Source: Vicugna vicugna
Lineage: Eukaryota
Length of the DNA stretch: 64,000 nucleotides
Direction: 5' to 3'
Assembly (NCBI GenBank): GCA_013265495.1
Contig: MU058221.1
Location: 5,626,066 to 5,690,065, forward strand
The position numbers and the translations under genes were made by a program. This document shows positions 50,441-61,250 of the stretch, piece by piece; positions within the stretch are counted from its first letter, which is position 1, and each line of letters starts with the position of its first letter. The notes beneath the pieces are model-generated. The model had not been told where the DNA came from. It worked only from the letters and a program-made list of their open reading frames with translations, and did no database searches.

Positions 50441-53400
50441 AATCAATGTTTGATTAATACAAGTACTATTCGAGGCTTTCATCCTGGGATGTAGGACAGA
50501 TCAAGGCATCAAAGGGAGAGCTGCAGGAAGCTGGCCTGAGTAACCAGAATCAAGACTCCCGTGCCAGCTTCCTGCTCTCTGTGCCTGTATCTCATCTCTG
50601 TTCACCTCTGCTTTGCCATAATTCGCCACTTTGGCTTCCATGCTTCTGCAGGTGCCAGGCAGGGACCAGCAGCCCCACCTTCACACCTTTCCAGCTCTCG
50701 GTCCCAGAGGCAAGGCTAATCTCTCCCAGCTTCAAACCAAGAAGCCCTGGTGAAGGATCTAGCAGCTCAGTTTGGTCACATACCGACTGTTGGACCAATC
50801 TCTCTGCCCAAGGAAATGCGTAGCTAGGTCTCAGTGACCACCCATCTCCACGGCTGAGCGGAGGGAAGGAGGATGGGTACGTTACCAGAAGGGAATGGGA
50901 AACGTGTTTCGAAGCCCAGAGTCTCATCCATAGATCCCTACAAGGAGGTGGGAAGGATGCGAATGCACAAGGACATGAGACAAGCCAAGGCAGAGTGTAA
51001 CTGAGCTGGGAGCTGGCGAAAGCCAAAGGGAAAAGGAGAAACGTGGTACACCTCTTGAGCATCCTCAGAGGAAAGGAGCAGACTAGAGAGCCACTGGCTG
51101 GACCGCTCCCCATGCTGGCAGCAAGGAGGCGCCTACGGCCTAGAACTGCCAGGTGACTGGCAGCCTGGCCGGGGCAGGATGTCAGCAGGGGATGTCAGCT
51201 CAGGTAAAGGACGCCACCGTCCGTTTACTAATTTAGGGAAGTGTGTAAAACTGACTGTGGGACAGACCTCTCCGATCAGGAATAGGCTAAGTTTGAGAGA
51301 CAAAATACTGAGCCAACACATGTGCCCCCTTTACCGTCTCCCCTGCACAAACCATTCATGGGACTCCTTCCCCACCGAGCCCAACCAGCTTCATATCCCA
51401 TCTCAAGACAGGTCCCGGGCAGCCTCCTATCAATTATAAGAGATGAAACCCACGGGCCACACTGGTCTAGGCGTGCACACCAGGCTTGAGGGCCTGTAAT
51501 ACCAGATCACCCGTCCAGATTCCTGCAGGCACTCCTCCTGTGTGCCAGATAGCTGGCCCTTTACTTTTACTTTTTCTCTATTATCAAAGGAAAGCTCCTG
51601 GGTGTGACCCAAATGACCCAAAGGGAAAACAATGTGCTTCTGTGTGAAGAAGGACGAGATCTGAAAGTTCAGAACAAGCAATACATACGTAACCATCCAT
51701 CCTGCAACCCGGCAGGGCCTTCCCAAGGCCCCGAAGTGAGAGGAAAATATCTTCCTGGCCCAAATACAAACCCCTTTACTCTTGCTGGTTCTTGGAAAAA
51801 TTCCCACAGACATTAAGAATCCTGGTACCCGGTTGGGCATGTGCATGGCTCATTGGTGGCAATAAAATTCCAAAGGTGCCATCTACAGTGACTACTGCAT
51901 GGCCAAGTCTTCCTCATCCCCTAGCCTTTTCTAACCCTTTGGAAAACACACACACACACATGCACACACACACGCACACGCACGACATACATACACAATA
52001 CAAAATGGCAGCTAGGTGGCTACTAAGGGCCTGATTCCCCCTTTTCTCATTCTTCTCAGGGCTCTTCCTCCCCCCAGATAATACACACTCCGAAGAGAAT
52101 AGCTTGCTTCAGAAGGAAGGGGAGGACTGAGCCATTAATAACCAGGTAAGACCCTCACTTGTCAGCTAACCTTCAAATAAGACACAGCAGGAAGAGATGC
52201 ATCGAAGCTACCTCCCAGCAGGCAGGAGGGATTAATAAACACAGAACAGGGAAGCAGAACAGCAGCAAAATCTAAGCTGATATTCTTCACTTCCTGGAGG
52301 ACACTCCCCCTGTTCACAAATACACATGGTGCACATGGGCCAATTAGGGGATAGGAAGGGGCTCAGAGGAGCACTGGCTCTTGGAACCACTGAGACCTCC
52401 ACGATGATGCTGGCTGACACTCTTGTCTCACAGACCCGGAGCAGGGCCCCAGCGCAGTACCAGTGGCCCCCAGGACTCTGTAGGGGGTCAAACCAGCGCT
52501 TCGACTGGAACCCAAGTTTGCTGATTTCCAGCCCCACATCCTTCCCTTCTTACAATTCAACTGCAACATTCACCTAGCTCCTACCCGGTACCACACCCAG
52601 TGCCAGGAAAGAAATCTTCCACTAACCTGAACCCTTCCCTATAAGGATCTCTTTTCCGTGGTCCACTTTTTTTTTTTTTTTTTTGCAGTCCACCTTTTAA
52701 AAGTAAGCCCCAAAGAAAGGCGAGTTTATGGCTTTCTCTTTTTTCTTTTTCCCATTTGTGTTGTAACAGTTGAGGAACATCTTGAGAACAACCCACATTC
52801 CTTCCAGGCCCCTCTATACATCCAGCCCTGACCCAGGGCACACACATTACAGTCCTGAGACTTAGCTAGATCTTCAGCTATCGACCCAAGATTCTGTTTT
52901 AAACCTCAGACTGTACTTTCTCAAAGCTACCATTTTTAAAGATGTACATTGTGGAAGAGTGGGGTTTTTTTCTGCATGGCCATCAATTATTTACAATTTT
53001 TTGTTGAATCGGGACTCTCATTTTCTCCCTACAGTCAGTTGGAATTTGGGTCCACTAACCCCAGAAGTGGTGGGAAGGTCTGGATCCCTTTAGCCAACAC
53101 CCTGGGCCTCAGCCAAAATTCTGTCCAGAGACAATGAGGCAACACCTGCTCCTTGGAATAAATGCTTCAAGACAGTGCATTCTCCCAAGGAGGCACATAG
53201 CAACCTCTGTGTCCCCCTCCAGTGCACATGAACATACTCTTGGCAGTTTGAAATTTTTTCACACCTAGGCCTTGAGTTGTTTGTAAAGAAAACAAAATAT
53301 TTTAAAGGAGGCAAGCAGGCCAGTCCGAAAGGAGCTCCCCTGTTCTATGCAGATATCAGCCAGGTTTTAACAAGGCCAACCTTGTTACCGCATTATCATC

Positions 53401-53904
53401 TCCTCCTTAATTCTTCCTCAGCTGAGCCATTGGAGCTAGGAGGAAGACAGCTGACAAGAAAGCAGCATCTCAAATTGGCTCTCATTCCAAGAGCTTTGCC
53501 CACTGAGCTCACCCTGTCCTGATGCCCACTGACCTCCGTGCCCAGGGGATAACGCTGAAGGGCTCCTCTTCTTATCCCAGGGCCTCTGATCTCATTCAAC
53601 ACAACCACCCTTTGCTGAGTGCCCTGCTTGAGATGCCTGGAACTTCAAAAAAGAGCCTTGGGAAGAGGCGAGAGGTGGGAGGTGGGGAAAAGTCACCACC
53701 ACTGCCCTTAAAACGCTCACAGCCCATGGCAACACAGACAGCCACAAACACAGCTGGCTGTCCCCAGACACTGTCCGCTTGTCTTGATGCCTCCAGTTGG
53801 AAGGAAGACACTCCCTCCCCATCCTCCGAACACAGTGATAGGTCTTCCTTAAGTGTTCTTTGATGTGACAGAGGCTTACAAAACCATCAAAAGATTGTTT
53901 ATGG

Positions 53905-54059
53905 GACACAGGGAAATATATACAAGATCTTACGGTAGCTCACAGAGAAAAAAATGTGACAATGAATATATACATGTTCATGTATAACTGAAAAATTGTG
54001 CTGTACACTGGAATTTGACACATTGTAAAATGATTACAAATCAATTTAAAAAATGTTAA
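53905..54059 (+). mobile_element. Young L1 3' end (same subfamily as 42000-42640) with TSD
   Basis: cacagggaaatatatacaagatcttacggtagctcacagag...ctggaatttgacac closely matches ~42466-42620. TSD aaagattgtttatgg / aaaaattgcttatgg. Confidence 0.92.
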
Positions 54060-55393
54060 AAAAATTGCTTATGGAAAAAGGAGCGGGTGGACAAAATCAT
54101 AGGACTCCACTCTAGAGGTCTTGAAAGCTTGAAAGGGACCAACTTAGGACAACTGTCAAGGATGAGCAGACGTGGAAAGGGCACAGACCCAAAATTCCTC
54201 AGTCTGTTTCCCTCACCAGCTCACCCTCACCTTGTGTCCTTGGGCAAAGCACATTTCTGTACAGTTTCACAGATGAGGGGAGGACTGGATCAGTGGCTCT
54301 TATTCGCAGTAAAACCCATATATTTTCCAAATTTTATTTTATCTAGAATCCCAGGATATAAAAGAAACCAAAGGAATCCAAGCTGGGAGCCCAGAGCCCA
54401 CCCTCCCATGCTCGGTAGCCCTCAGGGAAGCCAGTTTGAAAACTGCAGGAATAAGGTCTGAAAGCCCCTTCCAGAGCTCTGACATCCGCCCTCGGAGGAC
54501 AGAAGGGGGGAGTTATTGTTGATTTAATGGCCTCTGTGGTGCTTGGCAATTTACATATCACGTGGCATTGGAATCCCTGCAACAGTAACATGAGGTTGAC
54601 CAGCGCTTGCGGGATCGCCTGTGATCTGAGCTGTGAACTGGGATCTGTTGGCAAGAGGCACAACTGGGATTTGACTCAAGGGTTTTCTGACTCCAAACAT
54701 GGTATGCCTACTCTTACGCGAAGAGGTGGAATTTGGGGCTGAGTCAATAATTTCCTTGAATGGTAAATATAAACATACATGCATAAATGCACAAGGAAAA
54801 ACATCTTGAAGAATGTACCTCTCAGAATTATCACTAGCTATCTCTGGACAGTAATAACGCGGGCAATTTTCAGTCTATTTATCTATATTTTCTGATTTTC
54901 CTATAACAAACAGGTATTATTTCCATGAAGCAGGTACTGCTTATTAAATTCACAACAGACACTTCCATGTGCGGTTTCTACAGAGACTGAGGGATTAAAG
55001 GAACAGGTTGTATCTCTGACCTTTTGGAGCTGACAGTGGCAGTAACACCCTAAACACCACAAACTCTCCCCTAGAGCAGGGGGTCCTGGGCTGGCCTGAG
55101 GGGCAGTTCTCACGGTCATTTAAATTCTCTGAAGCTTCGCTTTGGGAAAGTGTGGTTGTTTTGGAAAGTAAGAGCAAGTCCCTGAGGCCCCACCCAAATA
55201 TAAGCCTCTCCTCTCCACCCCCCTCAGTTGTCTAGTATAGGGGGGGGGGCTAATAAAATTAAAGACGGTCACACAGACCCCAGACCAGAAACCGGCACTC
55301 CCCAGTGTTCCAGCCCCAGCCTGGTAGCACCTACAGAGTGAGTCCTCCAACCTGGCCAGCTCAACTCTCTGACCCCACCCTGAGCCCCCCCCC

Positions 55394-55463
55394 NNNNNNN
55401 NNNNNNNNNNNNNNNNNNNNNNNNNNNNNNNNNNNNNNNNNNNNNNNNNNNNNNNNNNNNNNN
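55394..55463. other. 70-N assembly gap after a poly-C run
   Basis: N run follows gagccccccccc. Confidence 0.99.
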
Positions 55464-56786
55464 CACAGCACTACTCCTGGAGGAAAAAAAAAAAAAAAAC
55501 ACCCTGAAGGCAACACAGACCTTGGTCAGGCACAAGGTGGGGCAAGGCGTGCCAGCAGCTTCCCTGGGTTATCATGCCAGCTCTGCCCGCAGAAATCTTC
55601 TAAATATTTAACATGCCACCTCTAGGTACAGCACAAACCCCCAGCAGGCGACAACAGCTGTGGAGAAGCCCGCATGGAATGAATGACTTGGGGGCTGAGA
55701 AGCACAAACACTGGCTTTGGGAGGAAAGCCCAGAATGGTGGCCAAGAGACAATGCTGAGCATGACTTCAGAAGGCTGCCCCTGATGGCTTCTTTGAAAAT
55801 CAGGAAAGAAGGGTAGGAGATGGGAGGTGTTTCAAAACGTGGGGAGTGATGGTGCACCATCAACCAGAGTCGGGAGCCCCTCTTTCTCAGACAAAGAAAA
55901 AGCCTGAGTCGCACCACCCCGCCCTACTCCCCAGGCCAATTTTGGCCCCAGCTTCCCCGAGCAGGTGGCAAATCCGTCCCCACTCAGGCGAGAATGGTGA
56001 GGGAAGACGAGGAACTGGAAGAGCTAGCCATGTCTACCTCTAAAGCAGAACAAATCCACAGAGGAAGGAGCTCTTCAAAGGTCTACTCTGCTCTGGGGTT
56101 GACAGAGCAAAACGCAGCCCCCCCCCCACGCCCACCCGCAATGACTTCACACAGGCCTCACCCCAGATGACTCTGCGCTCTCCTGCAGGACCTGGGAGCT
56201 GTCATCGCCACCATCGGGGTGGCCGTGTGTCACTTGGAAATTCCCCGTGAATTCCTGGAGATGCCTGTCCCCCTCTCTCCTTCAAACCCCCCGCCAAAGG
56301 AATCAGACCAGGGGACGCGAGGTGGCTACCCCAAGATTCACAGATGTCCTCTTCCGTCCCACTGGCCTTGGCCGCTGTCAGTTTGAGAACCCTAAAAGGA
56401 GCATTATTTCAACCCGCTTCGGAGCTCGCCCCCGGCTCTCCGCCCTTGTCGGCGCCGACCCCTCCAGGCAGCGCCCCAGGCTCTTCTGGGCTCTGTCACA
56501 TTCACCTGACAAAAGCGTGGCGGCGGGGCGCGGCGACGGGCGACCCCGCCGGCATTTCTCGCTCAGGAGAGGGACGCGTGTCCCCGCGACGCGCCCATTC
56601 GGGGCCTCGGCCAAGCCCACCGACCCGCGGAACAAAGCGGCCGGGCGCGGCGAGACGCGAGCCGGGTCCCTGGCGGAGCCCCGCGCGCCCCACCCGCCGG
56701 TCCCCGCGCCCGGGCCGGGCCCCGCGGGGCAGCAGCCGCGTCCCGGGCCGCCTGCTCGCCGGCGACCTCGGCAGCTACTGTACCTG

Positions 56787-56816
56787 CTAAATTTAGCGGC
56801 CGCCGGGTATTAATAG
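56787..56816. promoter_or_regulatory. Pair of MEF2-type A/T elements in the CpG island (CTAAATTTAG 56787-56796; GTATTAATAG 56807-56816)
   Basis: The first is a perfect CTA(A/T)4TAG and the second has one mismatch. Both are A/T islands in very GC-rich sequence. Confidence 0.55.
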
Positions 56817-56839
56817 CCGGAGCCACCGGGGCCGGGCCG

Positions 56840-57046
56840 NNNNNNNNNNNNNNNNNNNNNNNNNNNNNNNNNNNNNNNNNNNNNNNNNNNNNNNNNNNNN
56901 NNNNNNNNNNNNNNNNNNNNNNNNNNNNNNNNNNNNNNNNNNNNNNNNNNNNNNNNNNNNNNNNNNNNNNNNNNNNNNNNNNNNNNNNNNNNNNNNNNNN
57001 NNNNNNNNNNNNNNNNNNNNNNNNNNNNNNNNNNNNNNNNNNNNNN
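56840..57046 (-). other. REEP1: 207-N assembly gap inferred to contain REEP1 exon 1 (5'UTR plus ATG...MVSWIISRLV-V)
   Basis: The gap lies in the centre of the only CpG island, downstream (minus sense) of CCAAT and GC boxes. The expected short coding exon 1 is absent from the readable sequence. Inference only. Confidence 0.75.
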
Positions 57047-57064
57047 CGGCGGCGGCGGCGGCGG
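57047..57064 (+). repeat. (CGG)6 trinucleotide run abutting the gap
   Basis: cggcggcggcggcggcgg directly after the last N. Confidence 0.9.
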
Positions 57065-57829
57065 CCCCAGCCCCCCGGGGCACCGCGGGCCTGCGGCGAT
57101 TGGGCGGCGATCCGGCCGGGCACCCGCGGGACCCGCCCCGCCCCGCTCGCCCCGGGCCCCCGGCTGAATCCGGGCGGTTCCTCCGCGCGCCCTGCTGCAC
57201 CCGCGGCTCACTCGGGACCCTGAGGTGGCCCAGGTGGCAGGGCAGAGACCCGGGTGCCGCCCCACCCTTTGTGCTCCAGCGGGGAACTGAGGCCTGGCCC
57301 TTGGGAATCTGTCTCCACCTGTTTCGATGGGGATACAGTCATCCCTTGCTCGGATACTGCGCTAGACTCCTGAGGGACTTAGCAGCATCCAGACCTCACC
57401 CCTCCAGTTGTCCCCCACAAGGCATAATCTGCCTAAGAAACAAATCTGGGCCTGTGTCTCCCCGAGTTAAAATTCTAGAGTTCCCAGCCTACAGACTCAT
57501 TGCCACCACCCTGTTCCAAATATTCCTCTAGCTCCTTTCATTTCAGGCATTTTGGACTTAACACAAGTGTGGTTCCCTCTCTCCTGTTCATACACTCCAA
57601 CGCCTTGCCTTCTTCTTCAAGGCTCAGGTAAAGGTTACTTCCTAAGGAAAACCTTTCCTAGAGGGCTGCTCCAGCATTTCTCTGTGGAAGCGGCTCAGGG
57701 GTACGATCTGGCGGAGGGGAGTGGGGTTGAGGAGGGTGGGGGTGGTTAGGGAGCCAGAAGCTGGGATTGCACAGCACCAGTGCCCTGCGGAGTCATTTTG
57801 GAGCCTCGGGCAGAAGTGAAAATGTGCAT

Positions 57830-57953
57830 CCTATGCATTTTTAAGAAAATATTGCGTTAAATATGATTTATCCTGATTACTGCATCTTGTGGCACTCCCT
57901 TAAATTTTGGCACCGGAGAGAGTGCCTCACTCGGTCACCCTAGTCCTGGCCCT
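57830..57953 (-). mobile_element. MER96B-like hAT element
   Basis: cccttaaattttggcacc...agtgcctcactcggtcaccctagtcctggccct matches the recalled MER96B terminus in reverse. Confidence 0.7.
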
Positions 57954-58384
57954 CATTATGCAAGTCCTGCCTGGTATATTGTTCCCTCGCTCTTGAGAAA
58001 ACCTTTGTCCCCTGCTCCTGGCTGCGGCTACTGCCTTCCTCACCAGCTCCTTGGTGCCCTCTCGGAGCACTATCCTCCCTTGCTGATGGTTCTGTTATGT
58101 ATAATTCAGTGTCAGATGCGAGAGGCACAGGCAACAGCCAGCTTGAAGCCTTCTTTAAAGGAACCCAGCACAAGACAGCTTCCTATCAGAGGCAAGGAGA
58201 CCTTGGCAGAAAGAGGCTGGAAATGTACCTTCAGACGTAGTGGAGAGTGTGTGTGATACAGGCAGAGGAAAGGAGACTGCAGACAAGACATCCTCTATGA
58301 TAAGAGGTCTCCAAAGAACCCATAAAATGCCTGTAATACACTTTTGGTTTGTTTGTTTGTTTGTTTAATGCTATCTATCTCAAG

Positions 58385-58815
58385 CCAGTTTTGAGGCCCA
58401 GGCTAAGGACCAGTCAGTTCCCGTTCTTAGGCAGCCAATCAAGTCCACGCCCCTAGCCACCTGCCTTATCAGGCTTTCACACAGGCCACCAGACACCCGG
58501 ATAATCACTCCAGGGCCAGGTACCAGACAGCCAGGGACAGCTCCTACGCCCTCAAACCCACTGAAATCATTCAAATTAGCCAATCCTGACCCTGTTTACC
58601 CTGCCTTGCTTTTTCCTTCCCACGGAAACCACAGTTCCCCTCCACCCTCTGCCATGTAACCCACCCCAGTGTTTACAGTGAGTGGCCCTACATGACATGC
58701 TGTGTTCCATCCAGGGAACGGTGAGCATAGCAAAACTAAAACTTTCCGCTTTCTCTCTCTTGATCTGTTTGCCAGCCTCGACATACCTTACCCAAAGCAA
58801 TATGGTTAAAATAAT
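58385..58815 (+). mobile_element. MER74-like ERVL LTR
   Basis: ccagggccaggtaccagacagccagggacagc...tcaaattagccaatcct...ccttcccacggaaaccaca. Confidence 0.75.
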
Positions 58816-59899
58816 ACCCCACAGGAAAAAGCTTGGAACATCTACTAGGCAGATCAGGACAGTACCAAGCAAATTGGACCTTTCTAAGATCTTCTCTCCG
58901 CTCCACCCACCCCACCACCCCACCTGCCAGAGGTCAGAAAATGCTGTTAGCGATGTTGGGGGTGAGGGGAGGAAAACTGTTGTTCAAAGAGATCCTTTTG
59001 GTGGGAAAGAAGAGAAGAAGCTGATCACAGGCTGTTTCTCTCCCAGAGATGCCCCCTGTTCCTATAAATAGAATTCTCAGGTTTGACTGTTTCACGCAAC
59101 TGGACACTTTAAATCAATGAAATGAGACTATTCATGGGATTAAAATGTGTAGAGTTCTTTCTGTTATCTGAGGAGGACCAGAAACCTAGTGGAGCCAACC
59201 AGATTTCACTCACAGGTTGGGGGGAAAAATACATTCAACAGAGCGAACATTGATGGGCAGGGGAGGGGAAAAACCAACAGAGGGAAAAAAGTTGCTCTTT
59301 TATTTAATTCTATCTCTTTCAGTGTAACTGCTACACATGTTACGTTTCTCCATCATAGACCCCTTTCTAGTTTGTCCTTGAGCCTGGAAAACATTGGGCC
59401 AGGGAATGGATACAGCCTTCCAGACAATGAGGCTCTTACAGCCCTATCAGCTGGTTCACTTGAAGTTGTTTTTCACATGAACTGTGGTTATGGTGGGTGC
59501 TGATGATCTGTTTTTGCCTGCACCCTTCTCTTCTCTTCTGGAAAGACCTTTCCATTTTGTATTGGGGAATGAGCCTCCCTACACTCCAATCTTTTAAGTG
59601 TCATTGTCTTACGTGCCCAAACCACCTTGGTTGACCACAGATATAAGCTGGGCCCACGTTTTCCCCTAGGATCTTTCAAGTTGAAATTAGGAAAAAGAGA
59701 CTTCCACTTTCACTCATTTATATGAAATTCTAGTCGAGATGAAACCTTTTGCTCTACAAATTTTAGCTGCTTGTAGTCAAACTCTGTCATAGTAACAGAA
59801 AGTACATCAGTGTTTCCCAGATGCCAGAAATGGGGGAAGAGAACTGACCTCAAAAGGAAGAGAGAGAAATTTGGGGTGATTGAAAAATGCTGTATCCTA

Positions 59900-60028
59900 G
59901 AGGAAGGGTATAGCTCAGTGGTGCATGCTTAGCATGCACAAGGTCCTGGGTTCAATCCCCAGTACCTCTGTTAAAAATAAACAAATATAAATAAACCTAA
60001 TTACCCCCAATTTTAAAAAAATAAAAAA
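59900..60028 (+). mobile_element. tRNA-Ala-derived SINE (vic-1-like) inside an L1MC-type 3' end, no TSD
   Basis: gaagggtatagctcagtggtgcatgcttagcatgcacaaggtcctgggttcaatccccagtacctc...aaacctaattaccccc-An. Confidence 0.92.
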
Positions 60029-60099
60029 TTTATTGTATGTAAATTATATCTCAGTAAAGCTAATTTTTAGATTAGAAAAAAATATGTGAGGCTCAGTAG

Positions 60100-61250
60100 T
60101 TCTAGGAAACTTTTTTGTTGTTGTTTCTGCCTTAATGGTTGATTTTAAATTTTTACACATTAAGAAAATAAGCCTTTCAATCCACATGAAAAATCTTTTT
60201 CCTGGTATGTCATTTTTTCCTTCAGACACTGTTCACAGTATTTTCTTCTTTTCAAAGTGTTCAAAAGTTTGCATGGTTATATTTAGGGTTTTTTTTTAAA
60301 TGGCTTCTGAGATTTGTATTTTGCTTAGATAGGCAAAATTGAAAACATTTATTTTTGCATTAAAATTACATTTTTTCACTTTTGCAATTAAAAATTTTAA
60401 TTAAAAAATTCCCCATGTTTTCTGCTTTTGTGGCTTTAGTTTTAAATTCACACCTTTTATTTCACAGCCGATCTGAAATTTATTTTAGTGTACGAGTTAG
60501 CTGGTTGTCCTAACAATATTTATTGAACAACACAACATTCTCTTCCTTATTTTGAAAGACCAGCTCCACCATATACTCTATTTGTTGTTATATCAGGGTC
60601 TATTTCTGGACTCCGTTCTGTTCTACCCATTTACTCATGGGTTAATACCAACCCATTTTAATTAATGTAGCTTTATATATATTTTTTATTATTTGGTAGG
60701 AATAATTCCTCTACTTCTTTTTTGAACTTTTTAAAAATAAATTCTTGCCATTTATACTTTCATAAGACTTTAGAGTCATATTGTCTCAATTCAAGAACTT
60801 CTGGTTGTTATTTTCAATTGAGATGAAGTAAAATTTTTCAGTTAATTTAGTGAGACTCACCATCATTACAATATTTAGCCTTCTTATCTAAAATCAAGGT
60901 ATCTGTTTCCATTTATTCAAATTTTCTTTTACTGTCCTCAATAGCATTTAAAATTTCTCTTCAAGAAGATGTTGCACATTTCTTTATATTGCCATTTGAG
61001 TTAAGGCATTGTATTCCATTGCGTAAATATATCATACTTAATTTAATCAAAACTCTATCATTGAATATACAGATTATTTCCAATTTTTACTGATTAAAAA
61101 TGACTCAGTAATGAACACATTGTTACTTATTTTATTATGTCCATGATGATTTTGTTAAGATAAATTCCCAGAAATTATATTTTTAGGGCTTTTGATGCAT
61201 CATGCTAAATTACATTCCAGACAAGTTTGTTCAAATTTTTGAAATTTTTA
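60100..61250 (-). mobile_element. Degraded old L1 (L1ME-type)
   Basis: T-rich sequence with tctatttctggactc...ttctacccatt and atctgtttccatttattcaaattttcttt, typical of reverse-oriented L1 ORF2. Confidence 0.7.

Larger units (their letters stand above)
9407..56839 (-). other. REEP1: REEP1 intron 1 (~47 kb; 5' boundary hidden in the N gap)
   Basis: Exon 2 acceptor is at 9407-9408. No MVSWIISRLVV-encoding sequence was seen between it and the gap in the CpG island. Confidence 0.8.
56420..57270. promoter_or_regulatory. REEP1: CpG island / REEP1 promoter
   Basis: Very GC- and CpG-rich relative to the rest of the window. Minus-strand CCAAT at 57099-57103, GC boxes at 57102-57107 and 57132-57146. 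Confidence 0.9.

Noticed and set aside
56778..56839. Minus-strand CAG|GTACAG as a first-exon donor with open frame GPAPVAPAINTRRPLNLA
   Set aside because: The peptide does not resemble the REEP1 N-terminus and this frame ends in phase 1, whereas exon 2 needs phase 2. More likely the start of intron 1.
56247..57531. Long Pro/Arg/Gly/Ala-rich ORFs over the CpG island
   Set aside because: Expected from stop-codon scarcity in GC-rich DNA and from reading through Ns. No recognisable protein.
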